Of a stretch of 64,000 nt of DNA, positions 51,170-60,081 are shown in pieces. How positions within the stretch are numbered: position 1 is the stretch's first letter; every line of letters starts with the position of its first letter. Made by a program: the position numbers and the translations under genes. Below the pieces are notes generated by a model. It ran no database searches, was not told the origin of the DNA, and worked only from the letters and a program-made list of their open reading frames with translations. The stretch covers positions 1,703 to 65,702 of the forward strand of contig CAYFYO010000005.1 in assembly GCA_964347335.1 (NCBI GenBank), in the 5' to 3' direction. This DNA is from an uncultured Thermodesulfobacteriota bacterium (GTDB lineage Bacteria; Desulfobacterota; BSN033; WVXP01).

Positions 51170-52219
51170 ATGAAAGTTCAGAATATGTCGGAGAAAAAGG
51201 TCCCTTTTTACGCTGCGGTCGCTCTATCGATCATGATTGTCAGTTCCTATGGCTGTGCCTCCCAGAATGTACGGATGGGATCGCTCAAATTAGGAGGCAG
51301 TGATTACAAGAAGCTCATTGAAAGACAGATGGTCAGAAATAATGCGAAGACAGCCCCCCCGGATAAACTGCCGAAAATGACAGGCCTGGACCATGAGAAG
51401 CTAGGGGATACCTATTTTCGCCAGGGCAATCATGAAATGGCCTTTGTGCAGTATGAAAAGGCCCTCCGTCTACATCCCAGCAATGCCCGAATTCAGTACA
51501 AAAAGGGGCTCCTTTTTCTGACTAAGGGGGCAAACCGGGAGGCCATCAGAGAATTTCAAAAAGTGCTCAAGAAAGAGCCTGATTATGCCCTCGCTCTCGA
51601 AGGAATCGGTCATGCACTTTTTGAGATGGGACAGTTCGAGCATGCCAGGAAACAGTTTCTGCAGGCACTGCGAGTCGACCCAAAGCTTTGGAGATCTCAC
51701 ATCTTCTTAGGGATCATCCATGACTACCAGAAGCGGCCCATGGCCGCCGTTTATGAATACCAGGCAGCGATCAGATTGAAGCCAGACCAGGAGGGGATTC
51801 TGTACAACAATTTAGGGGTCTCCTACTCTTTGGCTGGGCGATACGAGGAGGCCGTTGCATCCTTCAAAAAGGCACTGAGGACCAGAAGCTCCGACCCAAA
51901 GATATACAACAACCTCGGGATGACTTTATCGAAAATCGGTCGATACCAGGAGGCCCTGGAGGCTTTCAGAAGGGGAGGTGGTGAAGCCCAGGCGTACAAC
52001 AACCTTGGGTGCATCTACTTGCGCCAGGGCGAATATGAAAAAGCGGTTCGTTTCTTTGAAAAAGCCATGGTCCTTGCGCCCGCGTTTTATACCCAAGCAA
52101 GCGAAAATCTAAGAAAGGCCAAGATGGCCTCCTTCTATGAATCGTCTTTCAGTCCGAATACACAAACCGATATTCCCCCATCCTCTGGAAAGACAGAAAT
52201 AAGCGCAGGCGACGAATAG
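51170..52219 (+). CDS. tadD: TPR-repeat lipoprotein (TadD-like)
   Basis: 349 aa. Lipobox SSYGCAS and at least six TPR units (A..YEKAL.L.P.., YNNLG recurring). Confidence 0.75.
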   Translation: MKVQNMSEKKVPFYAAVALSIMIVSSYGCASQNVRMGSLKLGGSDYKKLIERQMVRNNAKTAPPDKLPKMTGLDHEKLGDTYFRQGNHEMAFVQYEKALRLHPSNARIQYKKGLLFLTKGANREAIREFQKVLKKEPDYALALEGIGHALFEMGQFEHARKQFLQALRVDPKLWRSHIFLGIIHDYQKRPMAAVYEYQAAIRLKPDQEGILYNNLGVSYSLAGRYEEAVASFKKALRTRSSDPKIYNNLGMTLSKIGRYQEALEAFRRGGGEAQAYNNLGCIYLRQGEYEKAVRFFEKAMVLAPAFYTQASENLRKAKMASFYESSFSPNTQTDIPPSSGKTEISAGDE

Positions 52220-52611
52220 AAGATCATACGAGACCTACTTATTCAGAATCCGAAAATCAACGAACGGTCTCGTATATCGACGCTATGTCGAACCGGCTCC
52301 TTGCGAGCGGGTGGCGAGGACCTTCATATCGGGGGTTTCCAGTTAGCGCCCAGGTCTCGCCTCCGTGATCCTCTCCGGACTTCTCGCGTTGGGTATAGCT
52401 CAAGTGGAAATCCGAGGGAAAACGATTTTGCTCAGGCCAAATCTGCAAACATTTCAAACGCATCTTCGCAGCTTCATGATTCAAGTCATTTACTTCCCAC
52501 ATCTCCCGGCCTGTTCATGATGGCGCGTGGGAACGTGCTCGCACTCCTCTTACTCTTGAAATTTGTCAGGCTCGACAAGCAGAAAATTTCCAGGCCGTCG
52601 AACACATCCCA

Positions 52612-52649
52612 CACGCAAAGAAAGGCAGAGTCAATGCGGACTCTGCCTT
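52612..52649 (-). terminator. Intrinsic terminator after the AAA+ ATPase gene
   Basis: Minus strand reads AAGGCAGAGTC-CGCATT-GACTCTGCCTT followed by TCTTTGCG, about 60 nt after the stop at 52709. Confidence 0.6.
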
Positions 52650-52708
52650 CCCATCAACTTGGTCTAGCACCAGATACTCGTTCATCGAACAACAAATCGT
52701 CGCCCCAA

Positions 52709-54013
52709 CTAATGGTCGGGGGAATGCCGCGATCCAAGCATCACGGCTCCTGCGAAATATATCCTTGTGGCTCGTTCCAAATTGGTCTTGTTTATTTCGA
52801 TCGGCCGCTCCTCGTACATACTGACTGAATCCATTATGTTGAGAATATCCGCCGGATAACATGCTCGAAGTTCCGTCCCGCCTAAGTGAATACACAGCTT
52901 TCTAAGAAACTCGGCATTGTCTGGTTCGCAATGAAGATTCTTCTCGGCAACAAGGCGATGAAAGATTTTATCAAAGACCTGGGAATCCACCGGTTCCACA
53001 TAAATCTTGTTTCTTATGCGCCGCAGGAAAGCTTCTTCAGCGAGATCTCTGGGATCGAGATTGGTTGCAAACACGACGAGTATTTCGAAAGGGATTTCGA
53101 ATTTGAGACCGTAACGAAGCGTCAAATAATCAATCCGGCGATCAAGAGGCACGATCCATCGGTTAAGCAGATACTGGGGGGAGATAATCTGGCGACCGAA
53201 GTCATCGATAATGAGCATGCCGTTATTCGCTTTCATCTGCAATGGAGCGGCGTAAGCCTTAGAATTCTCTTCGAGTTGTAGCTCCAACATGCTAGGCTCA
53301 AGTTCTCCACCCACGGACACGCACGGTCGGCGACATACAACCCAGCGAGGGTCAAGGCCCTTGTTCTCTGTTGCAAGCCTCTCGTGGACAGCTGGGTCAT
53401 ACAACACGATAATCTGCCCGTCAAATTCAATGGCATAGGGAATTACAATTGCATCTTGATAGACTCTGGACAATCTCGCAGCCACACTGGTCTTGCCATT
53501 TCCCGTAGGCCCGTACAGAAAAAGTGAAGTCTGCGAAATGAGCGCGGGACCTAACTGATCAAGGAATTTATCCGTCAGCATCAAGTCTGAAAGTGCTTTC
53601 TTGAGTGAAGACCGATTCAGCCTGATCTTCGAGGCTTGAGTTTTAACAGCAGCATGGTAGCTCTCGACAGAAATCGGCGCAGGACCTGAGTAGTGGCAAA
53701 TATTGAAACGTTCTGCAGCTAACTCCCGACCCGCCTGGGAGAGCGTGAAAATATAATCGTTACCGTCTACGCCCTTCACTTCAAAAAGCTGCTGCTGCCG
53801 CAAGCGCTGGAATAGAGCCTGAATCACGGGAAAGGAAAGCTTCAGCGAAAAAGACAGAGATTTAATGTTGCTGGAACCCGTTGTATGAAGGCGTCTCAGC
53901 ATCAAATCTTCCACGAGGGACTCAGGGATATCAAGATCGGTCAGTTTCTTGGGCGCGTCTGGGGAAAAAACCGGTTGGACCCTTCCAAGCATTTCCCTGA
54001 CCATAGGTTTCAT
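52709..54013 (-). CDS. Uncharacterised AAA+ ATPase with N-terminal wHTH-like domain
   Basis: 434 aa. Walker A LYGPTGNGKTS, Walker B MLIIDDFG, sensor-1/Arg region VVFATNLDPRDLAEEAFLRRI. No specific family recognised. Confidence 0.7.
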   Translation of the reverse strand: MKPMVREMLGRVQPVFSPDAPKKLTDLDIPESLVEDLMLRRLHTTGSSNIKSLSFSLKLSFPVIQALFQRLRQQQLFEVKGVDGNDYIFTLSQAGRELAAERFNICHYSGPAPISVESYHAAVKTQASKIRLNRSSLKKALSDLMLTDKFLDQLGPALISQTSLFLYGPTGNGKTSVAARLSRVYQDAIVIPYAIEFDGQIIVLYDPAVHERLATENKGLDPRWVVCRRPCVSVGGELEPSMLELQLEENSKAYAAPLQMKANNGMLIIDDFGRQIISPQYLLNRWIVPLDRRIDYLTLRYGLKFEIPFEILVVFATNLDPRDLAEEAFLRRIRNKIYVEPVDSQVFDKIFHRLVAEKNLHCEPDNAEFLRKLCIHLGGTELRACYPADILNIMDSVSMYEERPIEINKTNLERATRIYFAGAVMLGSRHSPDH

Positions 54014-54468
54014 GAACGGACCTCCTGACTGAGAAAAAGTAAATCATCCTCGCCTTCTCGGCTTGATAAGCCAAGAAATGATGAGAGCATCATTGTTCTG
54101 CTGGAAATGTGAGCGGAATAACCATATAAAGGGGAGTTCGTTGTACCTCGTCATCGCATATTCTTGGAATTCGATCAATTCTTCAGGTCACGAGAGAGAT
54201 TACGCTTCATTACGCGAATCTTTATTCATACAGAATTTGCGGGACAGATCATCAAAACGAATCAAAAGTCACCGTTTGCACCTTCGTATTGTGCTCAATA
54301 GAAAGGCAGAGCCACTGCTGACTCTGCATAGAACCTTTTGCGTAGCGAAGTCTAATCCCCTATACCAAAAGCAATCCCCATGCGCTTAAATGAACTGTAC
54401 TTTGCGAGGTCGGCCTCAACTCGCTTAACCACGCCCTCTTCCGAGCCAGCGCCTGGGTCTGTAGATGG

Positions 54469-56604
54469 TCATCGATTCGCGTCCACCGTAAGTCTGTCAT
54501 TTTGCTCGTTCGCCAGTGTTCTCCTTGTCCGGGAATGGGATCTTCGATCGACATAATCGAGGTTTCGGATTCTCAGGGCACCATTTTCCCTGAAAAGGAT
54601 CCAGTGGATCACACCCCTCCAAACTCTCTTTTTCCCTCCTTTTTCCAATGTCTGATCGACTTCATAACGGGCTCTGACTTTCACACCATTTTGATAGAAT
54701 CTGAATCTCACATCTTCCAAGTGAAGTGCGAGTTCCTGACTCTGGTCGAAGAAATTCCGATAAGTCCTTTCAATTTCTTCGAACCTATTCGTCCAATTTT
54801 GGACGGCCGCAGAAGAGAACATGGAGAGGAAGCCTTCTACGTCCTTCTGGTTGTATCGCTCGGTATAATGAGCCAAGAACTGCTTGACCTCTTCCTCTTC
54901 GGCTTTCACATGGTCTGGATTCACCTTTCCCATATCTTTCAATAACCCTTCTTCCAGTTTTTCCAAGGATTCTTCCTCCCCTTCGTTTAAAGTCTCCGCC
55001 TCGGGGGTTATTGTCCGGCTTTCGATCCCACGATTTGCAAGCTCCAGGCTCTCGAGAAAGTAATTAGCTTCCCTCTTGTCAGATTTTCTTTTGTCTAACC
55101 TTTTCTTCGGCCCCCCAGTTTCCCCCACTGCCCCAGAGATCTCCTTATCACTCCGGTCCGGCTCATCAGGCCCGGCGCCGGGCTTCGGTCTCTCGCCTCG
55201 AGCGATCTCTTTCGGGAGAGCATTAACCGCTTTCATTCTCTCAAGAGAAACCGTTTTCTCTTTATCCTTTCTTTTGACCGCCGGCAGGGTGTCCTCCTCC
55301 TTCTTCTGATCCTGCTGAGGCCTGCTGAGTTCCTTGGAAGTAATCCGACTTCCCTTCTTCGCCTGTCTCGGAATTTCGATCCGGATTTTTGACCTCTCTT
55401 TCTCCTCCGGAGCCTGGAAAGTTTCTATTTTTTCGGGTCTTCCGTTCAATCCCCATTCAAAACCCCGATACGGGCTTGCCTTGGTCTCCACAGGATCTCG
55501 CGGTATTTCAGCCTTCACGGCAAGCACTGGCTCGTCAAACACCTCCTCCACTGTCATCTCTCGCTTAGGCCACCTCGAATCGCGAGCCTCAGTTCTAGAT
55601 TTTCTGTCAGAAACTGCTTGTAGGTTTTTGTTTGGCTGTAATAGAGCCTGATGTCTCTTTCCCTCCCCCCAAAGATAGAGAAGAACTCCGGCTACAAATA
55701 AGCCAATGAAGAGAATTAGCGCTGAGGCGGGAACAGGCAAATGCCTCTCAAAGAAATCTTGCGCCATTGTCCTTCGGGTTTTGCGTCTCTCAGGGACCTT
55801 TTCGAGTCTAAGATCGGTAACGCACTCTCGGACGATCCTCGCATCAATGAGCGGCTTGTCCCTTGTATAGCCGGCGAGAAGCGAATTATGACAGAGATTG
55901 TTGATCAATCTTGGAACACCGAGTGAATGCTGATAAATCTTTTCAATCGCACCTCTGGTAAAACAGTTCAGGGAATTGGCCCCGGCTATCCTCATTCTCG
56001 TTTGGATATACTCCTCTGTTTCCTTTCGATCCAACGGAACTAAGTGATACCTCGTGCTTATTCGCTGTTTAAGCCTCCACAATTCCGTCTGCTCGAAGCG
56101 GTCAACAAGTTCGGGCTGTCCCACCAATACGATCTGGAGAAGTTTCTGCCTCGAGGTCTCGAGATTGGTCAGTGTCCTTATTTCTTCAAATAAGGCAGCA
56201 TCGAGATGCTGCGCTTCATCGACAATGAGGGTGCAGGTCTCTCCAGCATGATACGACTCCATCAGAAAACCATGGAGCTTCATCCGGTAATCCTCTTCCG
56301 ATTTCCCCTCGGCCTGAATACCAAAATCATGACAGGCATACTTGAGAAAACCTGCAACCGGTAGCTTCGGATTGAACATATAAGAAACCTGAAAGCTCTT
56401 ATCTAGACGCTCAATCAGCGCTCTGACAATCGTCGTCTTTCCGGTCCCCACATCGCCTGATAGCACAGCCAAGCCATGTCGAAACTTGACCGCATAAATA
56501 AGTCGAGTCAATGCCTCTCGATGTTTCCTGCCTAAATAAAGAAACCTAGGGTCGGGCGTATTCCTGAAGGGCTGTTCCCTGAATCTGAAGAAAGACTCGT
56601 ACAT
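54469..56604 (-). CDS. ExeA/GspA-like AAA ATPase - TM - K/E/P-rich linker - NTF2/SnoaL-like domain
   Basis: 711 aa. The N-terminus F.F.E.PF..TPDPRFLY.....EAL..L, GDVGTGKTT and LIVDEAQHL is ExeA-like. TM is ALILFIGLFVAGVLLYLW. The C-terminal roughly 120 aa (FLAHYTERYNQKDVEGFLSMFS..) is NTF2-like. Confidence 0.75.
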   Translation of the reverse strand: MYESFFRFREQPFRNTPDPRFLYLGRKHREALTRLIYAVKFRHGLAVLSGDVGTGKTTIVRALIERLDKSFQVSYMFNPKLPVAGFLKYACHDFGIQAEGKSEEDYRMKLHGFLMESYHAGETCTLIVDEAQHLDAALFEEIRTLTNLETSRQKLLQIVLVGQPELVDRFEQTELWRLKQRISTRYHLVPLDRKETEEYIQTRMRIAGANSLNCFTRGAIEKIYQHSLGVPRLINNLCHNSLLAGYTRDKPLIDARIVRECVTDLRLEKVPERRKTRRTMAQDFFERHLPVPASALILFIGLFVAGVLLYLWGEGKRHQALLQPNKNLQAVSDRKSRTEARDSRWPKREMTVEEVFDEPVLAVKAEIPRDPVETKASPYRGFEWGLNGRPEKIETFQAPEEKERSKIRIEIPRQAKKGSRITSKELSRPQQDQKKEEDTLPAVKRKDKEKTVSLERMKAVNALPKEIARGERPKPGAGPDEPDRSDKEISGAVGETGGPKKRLDKRKSDKREANYFLESLELANRGIESRTITPEAETLNEGEEESLEKLEEGLLKDMGKVNPDHVKAEEEEVKQFLAHYTERYNQKDVEGFLSMFSSAAVQNWTNRFEEIERTYRNFFDQSQELALHLEDVRFRFYQNGVKVRARYEVDQTLEKGGKKRVWRGVIHWILFRENGALRIRNLDYVDRRSHSRTRRTLANEQNDRLTVDANR

Positions 56605-56839
56605 TGCTCCATCACCGTGGCTGGCCGTTTGCCTCGAGGGTTTGCTCCGATCGTCCCTAGCTTTTGCTGAGGTTGTCCTGCTTATTGATCGCAGAGAACA
56701 TGCATGACTCGCTTGTCAGAAACGGAGTTACCCTCTGCGACGGCCCTTGATTGACGGAAGCAAAGAATCCACTTTCCCAGCAACATGTCTCGCGCTGGGC
56801 CGAGGAGGTAATTTGTTCGTATCTCTGATTTGTGAATTG

Positions 56840-56855
56840 TGCAATGCCGATGCCA
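56840..56855 (-). promoter_or_regulatory. Candidate sigma-54 promoter upstream of the ExeA-like gene
   Basis: Minus strand reads TGGCATCGGCATTGCA, i.e. TGGCAT-N5-TTGCA with exact spacing. It lies about 235 nt upstream of the ATG at 56604. Confidence 0.6.
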
Positions 56856-57191
56856 GTATTAATTTGATCGTTAAGCGACTGGGATTAAACGGCTTTCTCA
56901 GAGAACGGGAGTTTTTCTCCAAAGCCAAATGGAAAGGTTTTTCACAGAAGTTCCAAAATTGCGTCCAGAAATGAATCAGGACTTCACAGGGTCATGAATC
57001 TTTTTGATATCCCAGCGGATCTGGATCGAGGGCGAGTGAGGATCAAGAACCGGGTCAGCGATTGCCGTGGATGGCCGATGTCGGAGGGAAGATTATTCTC
57101 GGAGAAAAGGCATTTGAGGATTCTGTCGAAGCCTTAAGAATCGACCGATTCCAGATCGATGTGGATTGTATGCGACCCCAGGAGATTTCTG

Positions 57192-59426
57192 TCAGCGAGA
57201 TTCGTTTCTTTCGAAGAATACCGAAAACTTTTTGTATAGGTCTTTCAGTTTCTTCTGGTAATGCCGTATATTCTCGTCTGGATTCTTCGGACCCCACTCT
57301 CGGGCGAGCTTGCAGTGATCATAGGCCTGAACATTTTCTGAATCCCCGGTGACATAAAAGGAGATTTGGTCTCCCGGTTGATATCGTCTTTCAGATTTTA
57401 TGGCCAGCTCGTAAGCCGCGCTCCGATTCCTCTGACCTTTGCGAGTTTTCTCAACGTATGTTTCAAGGGATTCCTGGAGCATCTCAGTCTTCATGAACAT
57501 CTTCACATCCCACCGGTGTTGGGCGATACGATTCATATAGGACTGAAACAGTTTTGGAATCTCATCTTTCTGGTCGGTGAGCAAATGCAAAATCATCTTT
57601 TCAAGAAATTCACGTTGGAACCTTTCGATTCCCCGCGACCGGAGGCCAGATCCTTTGATCTTCAGTTTTCCACCATGGTCAAGGAGGGCGTAGTTCTTGA
57701 TTTTATAGGAGAACATTGCCTTGTATCGGCCACCGTACTCAACCGTAATTCCCTCCGGCATGGTCTCTGAGAGTCTCTGAACCAGATTCTTCTCCCCCTG
57801 CGCCGTTGTGACATCCGGTCCGGGAACGAAGTAAATCCCATCCGTATCGATCTCTATGACCTGGCATCCCCGCTTCCTGAGCCAGTCAATCATCGCCTGG
57901 AGGAGTTCCCTTCCCCGAGCGGTGACTGCCTTTGCCTGGTCGAAATCGCTGAAATGGGACTGGCCGTGTCCCATATAGCCGTAAAAAGAGTTAATGAGAA
58001 TCTTGAACGTCGACTGGAGGGTCTCAAAGAACTGTTTCTCCTCTGAGGAGGGAGCCTGGCTAGCCATATCTTTCGCCTGAAGGCGAAATGCCCTCAGGTC
58101 AGCGAGGAGGCGAGAGAAGATCAACAACTCGTCCTTTTTAGGGAATATCCCCTCGCTGAGCATCAGCGAAGGATACAGGGACCGCACATCACAATAGACG
58201 ACCCCCTTGGCCACGCCTTCGTAAAAAATGTCGGTATAACCACCGGCAAAAGGCCGTGGCGCCTCCAGTTTGGGAACCGCATGCCCCTGTCTGACATATT
58301 CCCGGACGAAAAGCGAATCGATCTTCGCGGCGTTCCCTCGAACAACCGTATTCTGATACGAGAGTGGGAAGATCTGGGCCTGGAAGAAATAACTTCTACT
58401 GAGAAGGTCGCTCACGGCCCGTGTTTCTCGCACATCATCGAGAGCATACCGATGCAACTTCTCCGGATCATGGAGGAAGTGCCACGTAATTTCGTCTCCA
58501 TTGAGATAGGTTCTGTCGGCTGAAGCGACATTCAATTGCTTGGCCACGTCTTTCAGGCCAAAACTCTCCAGTTCCCTAGTCACGACATCGTAGAATTGCG
58601 CGAGGATGAAGGTATCAACCACATGGCGGCCGTAGATTTCCCATCTCGAATATTTGATGGTTCTTTCGGCGATGATGACCCTTGAGGGTCGAGATATTGC
58701 AGCGGAGCCGTTCCGCCCGATCTCCAGAGGAACGTTGTGTAACTTCGCCCGGCGGGATATGTAATCGAGGTCGTAATTGAAGATATTGTGCCCTTCAATG
58801 ACGTCCGGATCCTTCTCCTGGATCGTCCGAACGAGCTCATCCAGCATCTCTTTTTCTGATCGGTCCAGCCCCGAGATAATCTTCTCCCACCCCGCGTTGT
58901 CAGAAAAAGAGATCACGATAATCCGGTCCTCCTCTCGGTTTGGATTCGGAAACTCGTACCCTTCCGGGCAAAACGTCTCGATGTCAAGCTGGATCCTGTT
59001 GAGCCCCTCAAAGGTCATGCTCTTGAAAAAGGTCTGCCCAGTTACCAGGAGGTGCTGCTGGATTGGATCGTTCACACAGAACACCGGTGAGTCAGGATGG
59101 CCGGCAGAAACTCCGGCCTTTTTCGAAACGGCTTTTCTGACCCGATCCATTTCTCGCCACGAGTCAAAACTCACCCGGTACCGATAGCCGCCTGAACCCT
59201 TCAGTGGCTTCACGACGGGGGAGCATTTAGTCCCCTCGAGAAAGGAAGTGTCTGACAAGAGAAGAAAAGGATGGAAGGGTTGGGTCTCTGAAAGGAGGCG
59301 CTCCCCCTCTTTTCGAAAGACCCGGATTGTGTCGTCTCCTTCGAGCTCCATCGCCACGATTCCAGGCGTCTCATCGCCTCCAAAAAGGATGTCGTTTTCG
59401 GCAAAAGAGAGTTTTCCGACCTTCAT
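57192..59426 (-). CDS. polB: Family-B DNA polymerase (Pol II-like)
   Basis: Exo I QLDIETF, Exo II HNIFNYDLDYI, Exo III YALDDV, motif A DVRSLYPS, motif B KILINSFYGYMG, motif C IEIDTDGIY. Start is the ATG at 59426; the track gives a TTG at 59438. Confidence 0.88.
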   Translation of the reverse strand: MKVGKLSFAENDILFGGDETPGIVAMELEGDDTIRVFRKEGERLLSETQPFHPFLLLSDTSFLEGTKCSPVVKPLKGSGGYRYRVSFDSWREMDRVRKAVSKKAGVSAGHPDSPVFCVNDPIQQHLLVTGQTFFKSMTFEGLNRIQLDIETFCPEGYEFPNPNREEDRIIVISFSDNAGWEKIISGLDRSEKEMLDELVRTIQEKDPDVIEGHNIFNYDLDYISRRAKLHNVPLEIGRNGSAAISRPSRVIIAERTIKYSRWEIYGRHVVDTFILAQFYDVVTRELESFGLKDVAKQLNVASADRTYLNGDEITWHFLHDPEKLHRYALDDVRETRAVSDLLSRSYFFQAQIFPLSYQNTVVRGNAAKIDSLFVREYVRQGHAVPKLEAPRPFAGGYTDIFYEGVAKGVVYCDVRSLYPSLMLSEGIFPKKDELLIFSRLLADLRAFRLQAKDMASQAPSSEEKQFFETLQSTFKILINSFYGYMGHGQSHFSDFDQAKAVTARGRELLQAMIDWLRKRGCQVIEIDTDGIYFVPGPDVTTAQGEKNLVQRLSETMPEGITVEYGGRYKAMFSYKIKNYALLDHGGKLKIKGSGLRSRGIERFQREFLEKMILHLLTDQKDEIPKLFQSYMNRIAQHRWDVKMFMKTEMLQESLETYVEKTRKGQRNRSAAYELAIKSERRYQPGDQISFYVTGDSENVQAYDHCKLAREWGPKNPDENIRHYQKKLKDLYKKFSVFFERNESR

Positions 59427-59699
59427 GATGCCGCCCAATCGTTTTATCTATCTGCCCTTCCGTTCATTGTGTGCCGGTTATCGGAACGACAGAATCCTCA
59501 GACACCGATTCATCGAAGAATTCTACCACCGGGGTTTCCCTAAAGAAAGGGGCTCGAGAGAGGAGTCCTCCCATTCCGCAGGGAACTCCTGTCCTTTCGT
59601 CCCCAAGCTCACGCGATCATCCGAACGGGATTCGCAGATTCTGCTCTCCCAGGACGAGGGAGAAAGGCAAAAGGTTCAAGGAGACGCACACCTTATGAG

Positions 59700-59840
59700 C
59701 ATTTGGCATTGGTTATGGGTCATTTGGCATTGGTTATTTGTTATCTGTTGCTTCTTACTTGTCATTGGTTATTGGGCATTTGTCATTAGCCTTTAATCTC
59801 TGGTCTCTCGTCTCCAGTCCTCGGTCTCTGGTCTTTCTGA
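59700..59840. repeat. Degenerate 21-nt tandem periodicity (about 7 units)
   Basis: Units start at 59700, 59721, 59742, 59763, 59784, 59805 and 59826. The first two (CATTTGGCATTGGTTATGGGT / ..TTTGT) match at 19 of 21 positions. The 3' units contain GGTCTCTGGTCTTTC, whose complement GAAAGACCAG recurs in the 15.8-kb repeat. Confidence 0.7.
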
Positions 59841-60081
59841 GAACCCCATCACGCCGCAGGCAGGATCGCTCAGAGACTAGAGGCCCCTATTTGACAAGTG
59901 GATATATTTAAGGAAATGTGTAACTTGTGAGACATAAATGAGACGAGAAAAGAAGTTGACATCATGAGTCGGCAGGGCTTTAAATGTAGGCTCATCATGA
60001 TTGTCGGTACCGACCCCGAAAGCAAACCACGGATAGGTCGAATGCCTCATCAGTGGCATACCCGAATCGATAGGAGAATCA

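Noticed and set aside
52257-52828. ORFs of 81 aa (minus) and 175 aa (plus) in the tadD/AAA-ATPase convergent spacer
   Set aside because: They overlap each other and the ATPase 3' end. They lack an RBS and have Ser/Arg/Pro-rich, non-protein-like translations.
59248-59796. 182-aa ORF ending in a Trp-rich repeat (WHWLWVIWHWLFVI..)
   Set aside because: Its 5' part is antisense to polB. Its 3' part is just the in-frame reading of the 21-nt tandem repeat.
59700-59840. Possible CRISPR array
   Set aside because: The units are contiguous 21-mers with no spacers and drift progressively. No cas genes are present.
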